Counted from the stretch's first letter, positions 27,081-37,136 are shown. The stretch is 64,000 nucleotides of DNA from a virus (IMGVR_UViG_3300045988_146774:96001-160000); one strand, 5' to 3'. Program-made: numbers and translations. Notes: a model not told the origin generated them from the sequence alone.

Positions 27081-28922
27081 CTAAAATAGAAAATCATCGT
27101 CTATTTCAAATAACTTATTATTTGTTTCATCAGGTATATATTCTCTGCTTTCATAATATTTAATCTTTACTTGTGGATATTTATTACCATTCCACTCATT
27201 TACTACAAAATTACCAATAATATTTAATTGCAGTTGTTTTTTATTTTCACCAAGAGTATTTCTATCTCTCAAAGTCATGTTTTCCCATTCATCTTTACTG
27301 CAATATTTTTTTACATAATCTATTCCATTGTAAGTAAACTTAATAAAATTCTTATTGTCTCCGTATCCGATAATATCCTTTGCCGGAATATTAATTCCTG
27401 TAATTGCAAATGTCGGCTCTGGAATTCCTTTCCCCCAAATCTGATAAGATTGAGCTACTTTCATTACTGATAAAGGAATCAATTCATCTGCTGATACTTC
27501 ATAATCTACTTGGTGAATTGTAACTAAATCTTCCAATTTAAGTTTAGAATTACATAAAATAATTGCTTTATTGAGTTCTTCCTTTTTCAAAGAAACTCCA
27601 AAAGCATTAGGATGCCCCATGCATTCAAATACACCTGTCTCTTCTAAAAAAGAATTAAAATTGTCAATGGTTCCTTTATCGTATCCTCGTCCTGACCCAC
27701 CATAATAATCTTTATCTTTAGCTCTTAAGATCACAATTGGTCTCCGGTACTTCTCTGCTAATTTATTCGCCACAAGACCTGTAACTGTTTTCTTATCTAC
27801 TATGTCAGTAGCATCAATAATAATTACACTGTTTTTATCTAATTCTTTTTTTTCAATTTCCTCTTCAAGCTTCTTCATAAAAGACCGAACATCTTTGTCT
27901 TGGCGATTTTTTACATTCGAGCATACTCTAGCCATTGTTTGCTGAAGTGTATGAATTTCAATAGGCGGTTTTGGATCAGAGGCATGTTTTCTTCTTGGCT
28001 GATATTCTCTATCTTCTTTTTCTCCACACAACGCCCTAAACAAATCATCTTGCTCCTCTTTTTTACCATATCGAATTGTACCATTTAATTTAGGTGCAAT
28101 TACCCACCCAATACTTTCCAAAGTAAAGCCCAGTTTCATATCATCGGCATTTCTTTTGGCTAATTCTTGAATTAAAAGATTATGAATATTTTCTTCTTTT
28201 AACCCTTCTAAAGCATAATAACGAGTCTCAAAATTCCTCATATCCATAGAATCAGCAATCATACCTAAAGCAACTAAATCTAAATAATAATTACATACTT
28301 CTTCATTAATGCTATAAGTTTGTGCATAAGCAAGACAAAACTTGTGTACAACACCAACACCTGACAAAGTATTGTTAGGATAATATCCATCAGTACAATT
28401 AATCACCGTTGCATATTTTAATACTTCATTGTCAATTTCATGATGGTCAAGAACTAAAATTGGAACATCATATTTTTCTTTAATTGTTTTAAATACTTGA
28501 ATGGATTCACTGCCGGAACCGGCATCCGGAATAATAATCAGACTTAAATGATCTATGTATGGTTCTATATCTTTTAAAATTAGTCCATGTTCCTTTTGAT
28601 AATTTCCAACACAAACAACTTCTGTTTCTGGAGAAATATCTTCAATAAAACCTTTTATATATGCTGCGGATGTATAACCATCCACATCGGGATCTCTTTT
28701 TATTAAAATTGTTTTCCCTAAATTCTGATGTAAAAGTTCAATTCCTTTCTTCATATTTTTAAAAAGAAAGGGGTCGTAAGTATCATTTTTATTTACATGT
28801 AAGAAACCATAAATATCTTCAATCCCAGCTTGCGTAAGAATAGTTTCTAAAAAATCATTCTCTTTATTAAAATTGCATTTATTTAAAGTTTTCCATAAAA
28901 GTTTTTCGTTAATCAAAATCAC
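27081..28922 (-). CDS. DHH-family single-strand exonuclease (RecJ-like, SPbeta YorK-like)
   Basis: DHH motifs DPDVDGYTS, IIPDAGSG, VLDHHE. GTG start in the track. Confidence 0.75.
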   Translation of the reverse strand: MILINEKLLWKTLNKCNFNKENDFLETILTQAGIEDIYGFLHVNKNDTYDPFLFKNMKKGIELLHQNLGKTILIKRDPDVDGYTSAAYIKGFIEDISPETEVVCVGNYQKEHGLILKDIEPYIDHLSLIIIPDAGSGSESIQVFKTIKEKYDVPILVLDHHEIDNEVLKYATVINCTDGYYPNNTLSGVGVVHKFCLAYAQTYSINEEVCNYYLDLVALGMIADSMDMRNFETRYYALEGLKEENIHNLLIQELAKRNADDMKLGFTLESIGWVIAPKLNGTIRYGKKEEQDDLFRALCGEKEDREYQPRRKHASDPKPPIEIHTLQQTMARVCSNVKNRQDKDVRSFMKKLEEEIEKKELDKNSVIIIDATDIVDKKTVTGLVANKLAEKYRRPIVILRAKDKDYYGGSGRGYDKGTIDNFNSFLEETGVFECMGHPNAFGVSLKKEELNKAIILCNSKLKLEDLVTIHQVDYEVSADELIPLSVMKVAQSYQIWGKGIPEPTFAITGINIPAKDIIGYGDNKNFIKFTYNGIDYVKKYCSKDEWENMTLRDRNTLGENKKQLQLNIIGNFVVNEWNGNKYPQVKIKYYESREYIPDETNNKLFEIDDDFLF

Positions 28923-30036
28923 CTTCTCTTTCAGTGCTTACTTCTATCTTGTTTTTCATAATTTCCTCTAATACATCTTTTCCCCTATCGAAAGGAGAAT
29001 CTTTTCTTTGAAGCAACCCGTCAAAATCCCAAAGTATATAAGTTCTACAATAAGCTGTAAATTTATATGCAAGGGAATATAAACGTTTTATATACCTAAG
29101 ATATTTCTTATATTCAATATTATCTTCGTCAGCGTTTTCGAAATCAGAAGGCTCGAAATCTTTATCATAACCAAGCATTACTTCTTCAACTCCAAGGCTT
29201 AGTATCATGTCTCGTTGCCAATTTGAAATATTAAATCCGCAAGTTGCAATTACAAAAGCATCATCCCCATAATAATCATGGGCAAGCATTACACTTTTTT
29301 CAGATTCTACAAGCACTACTTTTTTAATTCTCTGGATACCTTTGACATGCATATTTAAACCATAAAGATTGAAATTTAATGAATGGTTGTACTGTATTCC
29401 CTCTATGATTTCAGGCATATATTTGTTATTCTTGTCTTTTTCTTGTAAACTACGTCTACGAATCCCGATAAGATTCCCAGCAATATCATAATGTGGAATT
29501 ATAATATGTTTCTCAGACTCATACCATCTAATATTAAAAGTCTTCATTGTATCAATTGATATTCCTTCGTCAATCCACCCCTGGTAAAAAACGTCATCCT
29601 CAAAATAGTCCAGAATTTTTCCATTGATGGGTGCTAAGTTCTTTACGGTTTTTTGCATTTTTTTGTTTTTTCGCAAAGAGATATATTTATCAATTTTATT
29701 TATTTCCTGTGTCATTTGAGAGATTTTCGTATTAAAGCCATAACGATTATTTATCCCCAATCGTTTAGCCACGAAAAGAATTGATTCTGAAAAATTACAA
29801 TCTAAGACTTTCATTATTAGATTAAATAATGACATTTTACCGCAGTTTGTATAACAGTAAAATGTTTTGGTATTTCTATAGTAACAGAGTTTGTGACTAT
29901 CACCACCATGACATATGGTATTAAACCATATCTCATTTTCTTTAGCAGCCCCATATTGTTCTGCTCCGAATTCTCGTAGTAACTCCAATATCTGATCTTC
30001 AGTTATTGTTTGGATCAAATAATCTTTGTCAATCAT
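28909..30036 (-). CDS. DNA primase (zinc finger plus Toprim)
   Basis: CHGGDSHKLCYY...YCYTNCG zinc finger. VLVESEKSV and LGYDKDF are Toprim acidic motifs. GGGGTGAG upstream of the ATG. Confidence 0.75.
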   Translation of the reverse strand: MIDKDYLIQTITEDQILELLREFGAEQYGAAKENEIWFNTICHGGDSHKLCYYRNTKTFYCYTNCGKMSLFNLIMKVLDCNFSESILFVAKRLGINNRYGFNTKISQMTQEINKIDKYISLRKNKKMQKTVKNLAPINGKILDYFEDDVFYQGWIDEGISIDTMKTFNIRWYESEKHIIIPHYDIAGNLIGIRRRSLQEKDKNNKYMPEIIEGIQYNHSLNFNLYGLNMHVKGIQRIKKVVLVESEKSVMLAHDYYGDDAFVIATCGFNISNWQRDMILSLGVEEVMLGYDKDFEPSDFENADEDNIEYKKYLRYIKRLYSLAYKFTAYCRTYILWDFDGLLQRKDSPFDRGKDVLEEIMKNKIEVSTEREGDFD

Positions 30037-30047
30037 TAACTCACCCC

Positions 30048-31670
30048 TTAGAAATTGATTTCGTCATTAGAATTATCTGTAATGACTAATTTATCTAAAG
30101 GTTTTCTACTAGCTGTATTTGAAGCAAAGTCTTCATCATTAACATTAATATAAGTTTTCTCAATGTCTTTAATTAATTTATATTCATAATCTGTTACAAA
30201 CAAATCGTGTACTCGCATAGTCGAATACTCGATGTACATCCAAATTTTAATCTTATTCCATTTACCCCCACGATTTTTATAAAGGGAATAAATTAAATTC
30301 GGAGTAGGTTTATTAATCATTTCACGTAAAATTGGTTCTACTTTTTTTAACTCTTTTTCTGTTGGTGGCATTGCAATTAATGCCCCATCAGCTTTATCAA
30401 TAATTGATTTCGCACCTCTTACAATAGTTTGATCACGATTGGCTTCATTCTTGAAATCTCCTGTAACCTGTGTAAAACTATCAATTGAAACATCAAATTT
30501 ACGTGTGAAATTTTTCAACTTCTTTGAAAGATTTGCTAATACTTGATCTTCTCTCACAACCATTTTAGTTTTAGATTCTGCTGCGAATTCACTATTCAAT
30601 TCTACAGTAGCAGCAATATAATCAAACCATACATATTCAATGTCGTGTTCAAGCTTATGAGTTTCTATAATCTCTTCCAAGGTATTGGCATCATATTCTG
30701 GCACATATTCAAACCAAATATTTGCTTCATGTTCTAGAATATCAATTGCTTTATCTACTCTTTCTTCTTCCCCATCTTCATACATATTGAACTCAATATG
30801 ATCCTGTGGAACATCGGCAATATATGCCCAAAGAATCGGGTCGATTTCTTCAAGTAATTCCATCTCAGTTCCTATGTATAATGCCCCATTATGTTTACCA
30901 TTAGGATTCTCACACCATTTATTTAATGACTTATCGTAGTAATATGGAGCGCAAGCATAACCAATATCTGCAATACTCGTCCTGGTTTTTCCAACCCCAG
31001 TTCCAGCAGATTTTACGTTAAATCTTCGTTTTCTAATTCCATGCAAAGCTGTGGTCAGATAAGAACTTGAATATCCGATTCCCCATGCCGTATCTTGTTT
31101 CCATCGTTCTTTTTGTTCATGACCACCCACACCAGCTTTTTTTGAATCACGACCTTCATTATTTAAAAAGGGAGCTATAATTTCAGAATGCATTCTTTTA
31201 AAATGATTAATGATATCTTGAATAGAACTGTTATCCAATTTCTTTCGCTGATTTTCGATAGTTATTGGATCAATTTCATCTGGATCAAAGAATTCTGACA
31301 CGTCTATACCTTTTTCAACATATCGACGCAATAAAGAGAACTTTTTTAATTGCTCATAATAATATTTAAAGTTACAGGAAAGAGCCATTTCATATGCTTT
31401 TTCAATATAAGAAACCCCTTCATTTTTCGTAAAAACTTGATATTGAGTTTCGTAATTAGATAAATAATCATCAATTGCCACTGCATCTATAGATTCTGCT
31501 CCATTTTTGTACAAATTATTTATTGCGCTGAAAATTAACTTATGAAATTTCTCTGGAAAATCGCTCGTAACAATTTTATATTTTCGAATCAATGAAGGAT
31601 CTTGCAACAAACCACCTATTACTTCTCTAATAGCTTGTTTGTTTGTATAACTATTTACTTTCTTCTTCAA
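30048..31670 (-). CDS. dnaB: replicative DNA helicase (DnaB family)
   Basis: DnaB N-domain-like start (IREVIGGLLQDPSL), Walker A GTGVGKT. TTG start with GAGGTG 6 nt upstream. Confidence 0.85.
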   Translation of the reverse strand: MKKKVNSYTNKQAIREVIGGLLQDPSLIRKYKIVTSDFPEKFHKLIFSAINNLYKNGAESIDAVAIDDYLSNYETQYQVFTKNEGVSYIEKAYEMALSCNFKYYYEQLKKFSLLRRYVEKGIDVSEFFDPDEIDPITIENQRKKLDNSSIQDIINHFKRMHSEIIAPFLNNEGRDSKKAGVGGHEQKERWKQDTAWGIGYSSSYLTTALHGIRKRRFNVKSAGTGVGKTRTSIADIGYACAPYYYDKSLNKWCENPNGKHNGALYIGTEMELLEEIDPILWAYIADVPQDHIEFNMYEDGEEERVDKAIDILEHEANIWFEYVPEYDANTLEEIIETHKLEHDIEYVWFDYIAATVELNSEFAAESKTKMVVREDQVLANLSKKLKNFTRKFDVSIDSFTQVTGDFKNEANRDQTIVRGAKSIIDKADGALIAMPPTEKELKKVEPILREMINKPTPNLIYSLYKNRGGKWNKIKIWMYIEYSTMRVHDLFVTDYEYKLIKDIEKTYINVNDEDFASNTASRKPLDKLVITDNSNDEINF

Positions 31671-31680
31671 TTAAGCCACC

Positions 31681-32157
31681 TCATAAATTTCCGATATCTA
31701 TTAGTGCCAAATCTTTGTAAGTCTTCTTTGCTTTTGTTTTTTTTACTTTTATGATTTTTTTATTTTTTTCTTTATAATCTTTGGCACTATCTTTTACAGC
31801 AAGTCTATCAATATAAAATTTTTTGGCTTCTTCATATACAAAAGGAATGATCCCCACTCCCAAAGAATCAGCAGGATCATTGTGTTCTATTTCATAAAAA
31901 TAATGTAAAGTTGTTTTCATCCCCTTATATGAATAATGAAACTGCTCCTTAAAATCTTTTATTTGTTTTACTATCCATCCTGTAGGTGCATCAATTTGAT
32001 AAAGTTCACATATATAAGCAATTAATTGTTTATAATCATCAGCTTCTTTTTGTTTATTTTCATAGCACACAGGACAATAATATCGACCATTAAAAGTGAC
32101 TGTATTTTCTTTATCATTAAATGTTCCACATTCCGGACATTTTACTTTTCTTGCCAT
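31681..32157 (-). CDS. zinc-finger protein of the replication module
   Basis: CPECG...CPVCY. 158 aa. Confidence 0.5.
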   Translation of the reverse strand: MARKVKCPECGTFNDKENTVTFNGRYYCPVCYENKQKEADDYKQLIAYICELYQIDAPTGWIVKQIKDFKEQFHYSYKGMKTTLHYFYEIEHNDPADSLGVGIIPFVYEEAKKFYIDRLAVKDSAKDYKEKNKKIIKVKKTKAKKTYKDLALIDIGNL

Positions 32158-32207
32158 ATTTTACCCTTCTAGTAAAGTGGGAGAAAAATCTCCCACCACT
32201 TTTTTAT

Positions 32208-33227
32208 TTACTCAACAATAATTCCCTGTTCTTTAACAATATCGTTAAGATCATCTAAGATAAGCATAAGCAAATCAATCTGCGTTGCATCACAGTCTCT
32301 AACAAGTTTTCCTTTGCCAAGATAATGATTTGTTACAGACTGATATTTATCCATCATTCCTTGAGCATTAAGAGCTTTCGCAATCTTTCCAATGTTAGTT
32401 ACTGTTTCCTTAAAATCGGCTACGCTACTCTGGTCTTTATAAACTTCAACTGGTTTATCTGAAATAACTGCCCCGTCTTCAGCTTCAAGTTTATCAATAG
32501 CCTGTTCCATATCTGCTCTTAAAGCTTCATATGTAAATGGAATCTTAGCTGACATATACTTATTTCTTGTTCCTGCTTCAAGATACTGATTACCTCTAAG
32601 TGTAAGAACCATCTTATTTGTTCCATCGTCCTGTAATTCATTTGTTGCGAATCCAACAACATCTACAAGTCCTGCAAGAACTTCGAATCCCCTCTTATCA
32701 ACGAGTGGCTGCGTTCTCTCATATTTTTCACCATTCTCTTTAATCTGCTTTGTTTCAGAATGTGCGATAACTACAAGAGTATATCCAGCCTTTACAATTT
32801 CCTGGAAAAACATATTAAATTCTTTTTTTACAGCTTTATAGCCACGCTTAGATTCTGTTTCATCAAGATATTCCACTCCTTCTTTTGCAAGGATATAATC
32901 TTCACACATCATGTAAGCAAGATCTGCTGTATCTACAACAACTGTTTTAAAAGTTGTCTCTGGTTTCTCGCCTTTTTCCACTTTATTAACATCTGAGAGA
33001 AGCTGTTTTTTTACTTTTAAAGCTTCAGACCATTTATTAATTGGCTGTCCATAAACTCCAGAAAGCATGTTCCATCCTTTTTCAAATCCCATAACAAGTG
33101 GTTTTGGGAATTTTACCGCATTAGAAGTTTTTCCTGATTTTCTCGTTCCATAAATCAGAAAACTCTTTCCCGATAAATCTCTACTAATTACGCTTGGTTT
33201 AAGATTAAAAATATCAATATCTGCCAT
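32208..33227 (-). CDS. AAA_24 / Sak4-like RecA-fold ATPase
   Basis: Walker A IYGTRKSGKTS, VVVDTAD (Walker B). GGAGAATATAA upstream of the ATG. Confidence 0.7.
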   Translation of the reverse strand: MADIDIFNLKPSVISRDLSGKSFLIYGTRKSGKTSNAVKFPKPLVMGFEKGWNMLSGVYGQPINKWSEALKVKKQLLSDVNKVEKGEKPETTFKTVVVDTADLAYMMCEDYILAKEGVEYLDETESKRGYKAVKKEFNMFFQEIVKAGYTLVVIAHSETKQIKENGEKYERTQPLVDKRGFEVLAGLVDVVGFATNELQDDGTNKMVLTLRGNQYLEAGTRNKYMSAKIPFTYEALRADMEQAIDKLEAEDGAVISDKPVEVYKDQSSVADFKETVTNIGKIAKALNAQGMMDKYQSVTNHYLGKGKLVRDCDATQIDLLMLILDDLNDIVKEQGIIVE

Positions 33228-33280
33228 TTATATTCTCCTTTTTATTAAAAATTTTTCCTTTTTTAGCGATGGGGAATGCC

Positions 33281-34189
33281 TTAGAATGGCATATCCTCAT
33301 CAGAAATTGGTGCTGCTTTTGTTACAGATTTTGCTGAACTTGAATTTCCTTGATATCCTGCTTCTTTAAGTTCATTAAGTTTTGCTTTTCTTTCGGAGAG
33401 TCCAATTCGAACTGCTTCTTTAGAAAATGCATTATCTTCATCTTCATCAATTGCCGGATCTGCACCAGTAAGAATCATTTCAACATAAGATTTTCCATCT
33501 GTTACTCTCTGTACTCCAATACCACCAGACTTTTTAGGCTTCTCTTCACCTTTATGAAGTGTATATGTAATGAATACTTTTGCTGTCTGCCCAATTTCAT
33601 ATCCATCCTCAAAAGCTTCTCTCAATTCTGCCGGTACAATGATATTCTTCACCGGAATAATATTTCCAAAGAAATCATTCGTCAGAATTGTGACTCTTAA
33701 ACGCCCTGTCTCTTCTTTTTCTTCACCTTTAACTTCTGGTGTAATTGCTGAAATATATCCTTCAATATCCGCCTCGCCCTTGAATTCATCAAAAGGATTA
33801 ATGAAAGAAATACTACAATTTAGTGATTCAATAAGCTTTTCCTCACTATTTACATAATCATTTGTTGCAAAAGCACAAGTGAGATCGACTGCCGTTGCTT
33901 CATCCCAGCCAACTTTAGCTACAGACTGTACTTTCTCAGCCCATTCTTTAGTCGGTGCGTAAGCTTTATTTTCTTTCTTCTGACCGTCTTTAATTCGATA
34001 TTCCTGTACGAATCTTTCAAAAGAACGTTCCATTGCTTTATGCTCACCAAACTGAATCTTTCCACGGATTCTAATGTATGGCGCACCTTTACTCTCGCCA
34101 TTCTTAATCTCTCCAGAATTCATTTCAAATTCTGTTACCTTGCCTCCAAGTACCACTTTGTTCGTCATCTGTCTTACTTTGTCGCTCAT
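33281..34189 (-). CDS. ssb: single-stranded DNA-binding protein (atypical, 302 aa)
   Basis: C-terminal acidic tip ISDEDMPF (compare the canonical SSB DDDIPF). Position in the replication module. TAGGAGG upstream of the ATG. Confidence 0.6.
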   Translation of the reverse strand: MSDKVRQMTNKVVLGGKVTEFEMNSGEIKNGESKGAPYIRIRGKIQFGEHKAMERSFERFVQEYRIKDGQKKENKAYAPTKEWAEKVQSVAKVGWDEATAVDLTCAFATNDYVNSEEKLIESLNCSISFINPFDEFKGEADIEGYISAITPEVKGEEKEETGRLRVTILTNDFFGNIIPVKNIIVPAELREAFEDGYEIGQTAKVFITYTLHKGEEKPKKSGGIGVQRVTDGKSYVEMILTGADPAIDEDEDNAFSKEAVRIGLSERKAKLNELKEAGYQGNSSSAKSVTKAAPISDEDMPF

Positions 34190-34216
34190 TAAGTGTCCTC
34201 CTAGAATTAAAAATTT

Positions 34217-34245
34217 ATTGTAAATATTGTTAATAAAACAATCTA
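34217..34245 (-). promoter_or_regulatory. candidate sigma-70-type promoter of the replication operon
   Basis: On the - strand, -10 TACAAT (34222-34217) lies about 28 nt upstream of the ssb ATG. The -35 is weak (TAGATT). Confidence 0.3.
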
Positions 34246-34396
34246 TTTAAACGCCCAACCGGACGGAACACAGAAATAAATTTATGTAAATTTCTATGTA
34301 AAAGGTGATTTTTGAGTACAAAAACCCAAGGGTATGCCTGTCCACCCATATTTATTCTCTATTCAATTGTTCGAATATTTGGAATTGTGGATTGAA

Positions 34397-34705
34397 TTAA
34401 TCCTTGATTTGTTGAGAACAAATTCTCATTTTATAAGCAAAATGTCTTGCATAAACATCATAAACGTCATCATAAATAGTACAAGATAAATGATAATCGT
34501 CATATAACAATTCTTTTATTTTACGATTCGCCTGAATGCTATTTCCAGGCATTTGTTTTGATTTGAAACGTATTGCTCTGCCGTCATATTTTTCAAATGC
34601 ATTACAATATGTATCCCAATCTTCTACTTCTATAATTCTTGATTGATGATCATAAATTTTACTGTCATTATCGACAATTAGATTCGTTTCGATTACTTCT
34701 ACCAT
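34397..34705 (-). CDS. hypothetical protein
   Basis: 102-aa co-oriented ORF. Confidence 0.5.
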   Translation of the reverse strand: MVEVIETNLIVDNDSKIYDHQSRIIEVEDWDTYCNAFEKYDGRAIRFKSKQMPGNSIQANRKIKELLYDDYHLSCTIYDDVYDVYARHFAYKMRICSQQIKD

Positions 34706-34738
34706 TTTTACCTTTCAAGTCCGAATGAAAGATTAGAT

Positions 34739-35233
34739 TCATCGGTTCTTATCATTTGGTGCTTTATCTGATCTAAAATTGAAGAATCTGTGTTTATACT
34801 TATATTCTCTTTTGTAATCACAAAATTTTTTACGTAATTCATCAAGCTCATCTACACAAGCGCAATATCTATCAAAATCTTTTTCACATTTTTCTTTTGA
34901 TAATTTTGTATTCTCTGTTTCGATATATTTATCTTCAATATAATATGTAAATGAACCATCTGAGTTACGACATCTTTTATGAATTTTTACCAACTTTTTT
35001 ATGTCACACAGAAAAAATTCTTCTCCAACTTTTAGTGGAGGATTGTCAATATTATATTCTCCAATAATTTTTTGACTTAGTACATTATCTTTACAAGAAT
35101 ATCGCATATCATACTTTTTTGGTTTTTTGATATAATGTTCTCTTGAAGAAGTAGTACCATAAATCCAATCATACTTGACATAACTTTCATATATTTCTTC
35201 AACTTCTCGTTGTACAAATATACTTTTTGCCAT
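34739..35233 (-). CDS. hypothetical protein
   Basis: 164-aa co-oriented ORF. Confidence 0.55.
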   Translation of the reverse strand: MAKSIFVQREVEEIYESYVKYDWIYGTTSSREHYIKKPKKYDMRYSCKDNVLSQKIIGEYNIDNPPLKVGEEFFLCDIKKLVKIHKRCRNSDGSFTYYIEDKYIETENTKLSKEKCEKDFDRYCACVDELDELRKKFCDYKREYKYKHRFFNFRSDKAPNDKNR

Positions 35234-35235
35234 TT

Positions 35236-35502
35236 CTATTCTCCTTCATATAATTTCAAAGTTCCATCTGAATTATAAATTGGTGTTATACCAAAAGCAT
35301 TTCCAGATTCTACCATATAATACATTACATTAGTATTTTTATCATAGGCAACAGTCGTGTACCCAGCTTCATAAATATCAACAAGATCAAAATATTTATT
35401 TCCAAGCTTGTTGTTTGTTGGCGTTATGTCTCCATTACCACACCCTGTCATACAAAAACATATTGACAACCCAAGAACAATCGCTGCAATTTTCTTTTTC
35501 AA
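35236..35502 (-). CDS. lipoprotein
   Basis: MKKKIAAIVLGLSICFCMTGC: signal peptide plus lipobox. Confidence 0.65.
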   Translation of the reverse strand: MKKKIAAIVLGLSICFCMTGCGNGDITPTNNKLGNKYFDLVDIYEAGYTTVAYDKNTNVMYYMVESGNAFGITPIYNSDGTLKLYEGE

Positions 35503-35547
35503 AATCTCACCACCTTGTTATTCTCCAATCCAAAATGAAATCTATGT

Positions 35548-35949
35548 TTACTCTACAATCATCCAGTCTTCAGATAGCATATCTGTCTGAGACGGTGTCC
35601 ACGGCACTTTATTTTTAGGCGCATAAGGATTTTCTGTCTGTAATCCAGTAGTGTTGATATATATGAACGAATGCGTCATATAATTGAATGCTTCAATAGT
35701 TGTTCTTGCTGTAACTCTGTCGTATTCTTTCACTTCTTCACTCAGTTCAGAATACGGAATCATATCCGGGTGATCTGTAACTCCCTGTTTTTTCTTTTCT
35801 TCCCACCATGCGTTATGCACTGCTTCTGCAATAGTTTCAAGATTGACTTCTGGCGAATACATTTCCAGATAGATTCCTTTACCATTCCATCCTTTACGTG
35901 CCACTTTCTTACCATCTTTTAATGCTTCAATTGCTTTTCCAAAATTCAT
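35548..35949 (-). CDS. DUF2829 (Tad2-family) protein with an inserted RyR-like domain
   Basis: MNFGKAIEALKDGKKVARKGWNGKG at the N-terminus and WTPSQTDMLSEDWMIVE at the C-terminus are DUF2829 hallmarks. The middle AEAVHNAWWEEKKKQGVTDHPDMIPYSELSEEVKEYDR matches the RyR repeat pattern. Confidence 0.65.
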   Translation of the reverse strand: MNFGKAIEALKDGKKVARKGWNGKGIYLEMYSPEVNLETIAEAVHNAWWEEKKKQGVTDHPDMIPYSELSEEVKEYDRVTARTTIEAFNYMTHSFIYINTTGLQTENPYAPKNKVPWTPSQTDMLSEDWMIVE

Positions 35950-35984
35950 ATTCTATCTCCTCCTAAAATGTCACTTTCATCCGG

Positions 35985-36329
35985 TTATTTATTCTTTGAA
36001 TTCGTCGTTGTTTTAGCATTCTGAATGGATTTCATAAGCTGAAGGTTGTCATTAAGAACTAATGCCATTGCTTGATCTTCTGAGAATCCTGTTTTTACAT
36101 ATGCATCATACATATTTCTTTTATTTTCTGCGACCACTTTATAATAGTCATCGTTTTTCACAAAGTCCTTCATAATCTCAAGCATTTCTTTACATACCAT
36201 ATATACAGTAGGCTTATATTTGTTAATATATTCTTTAATCATATCGTCCAATGAAATATCCTTTGGTTCTTCTGTATCTAATCCCTCTGAAAGCATTTTT
36301 CTAAGTGCCATTTTTGTCATTGCATCCAT
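35985..36329 (-). CDS. hypothetical protein
   Basis: ATG at 36329 preceded by AGGAG (the track's longer TTG-started version overlaps the next small ORF). Confidence 0.5.
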   Translation of the reverse strand: MDAMTKMALRKMLSEGLDTEEPKDISLDDMIKEYINKYKPTVYMVCKEMLEIMKDFVKNDDYYKVVAENKRNMYDAYVKTGFSEDQAMALVLNDNLQLMKSIQNAKTTTNSKNK

Positions 36330-36330
36330 A

Positions 36331-36450
36331 TTATTTATTCTCCTTCTTTTCTTTATCGTGCTTCTTCTTTGCAATCGCAGCTCGATTGGCTCCTAACTGA
36401 TTATCCAGCTTTGCAAAAATACTTTTCATCTTTCCATAATGTGTTCTCAT
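36331..36450 (-). CDS. small basic peptide (39 aa, below the track cutoff)
   Basis: ATG at 36450 preceded by GGAGAATAAAAATT. The stop lies 1 nt before the next ATG. Confidence 0.35.
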   Translation of the reverse strand: MRTHYGKMKSIFAKLDNQLGANRAAIAKKKHDKEKKENK

Positions 36451-36470
36451 AATTTTTATTCTCCTTTTCT

Positions 36471-36881
36471 TTATTTTAAATATGTTTGAATCATATCAAC
36501 GATAATTTTTTCTGGGAAAGTTCTGCATGTAATAATTGTAATAATATTACTAAAAATCATTGAAACTGAACCTATCATTCCTGCTCCAGATAATACCCAT
36601 GTAAGTGTGGCTGCAACATCCCAGTCAGTTATTTCTTCAATTTCGTCATATTTCTTTTTACAAAAAATTCCAATTTTGATTCCAATGCAACTAATAATAA
36701 ATAAGATAATTCCAAAAATTAGCCACATTGTTGCAATTGAGAATTTGTAATTTACACATTTAGCCATTAATTCTTTTAAATATGGCTGTACATTTTTACT
36801 TGACCAATCAATAGCAAGTCCAAACTTATCACATAAATTATCAAGAACTTTAATAATCTGATCTGAAACCATTTCAAGCAC
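36471..36881 (-). CDS. membrane protein
   Basis: Two long hydrophobic segments. Confidence 0.55.
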   Translation of the reverse strand: MLEMVSDQIIKVLDNLCDKFGLAIDWSSKNVQPYLKELMAKCVNYKFSIATMWLIFGIILFIISCIGIKIGIFCKKKYDEIEEITDWDVAATLTWVLSGAGMIGSVSMIFSNIITIITCRTFPEKIIVDMIQTYLK

Positions 36882-36927
36882 CTCTCTTTCTTTTCTTATA
36901 TAATGTATTTAACTCTCTCTGTAGAGA

Positions 36928-37125
36928 TTATTTTTCTAATAGATTCCTGCAATACTTTATTCTCTTTTTTAATTGAGAAATATCGAGATTCATATTATTA
37001 ATTTCATCAGATATCATCTTCTTGTGAAGTTCTTCTTCCAGTTCAGACAGTCTTAGTTCTACTATATCTAAATAATCAATAATAATATCTTGCAGATCTC
37101 TATCTGCGTTAATTGCTTTTGACAC
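36928..37125 (-). CDS. hypothetical coiled-coil protein
   Basis: GTG at 37125 preceded by GGAGG with a 7-nt spacer. Confidence 0.45.
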   Translation of the reverse strand: MSKAINADRDLQDIIIDYLDIVELRLSELEEELHKKMISDEINNMNLDISQLKKRIKYCRNLLEK

Positions 37126-37136
37126 ATATACACCTC

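Noticed and set aside
8221-31670. Inteins or introns in NrdD, DnaE-type polymerase or DnaB, which are common insertion targets in phages.
   Set aside because: The reading frames are continuous and the lengths are compatible with intein-free homologues (752, about 1300 and 540 aa). I noticed no endonuclease (LAGLIDADG/HNH) block. This was checked only by eye.
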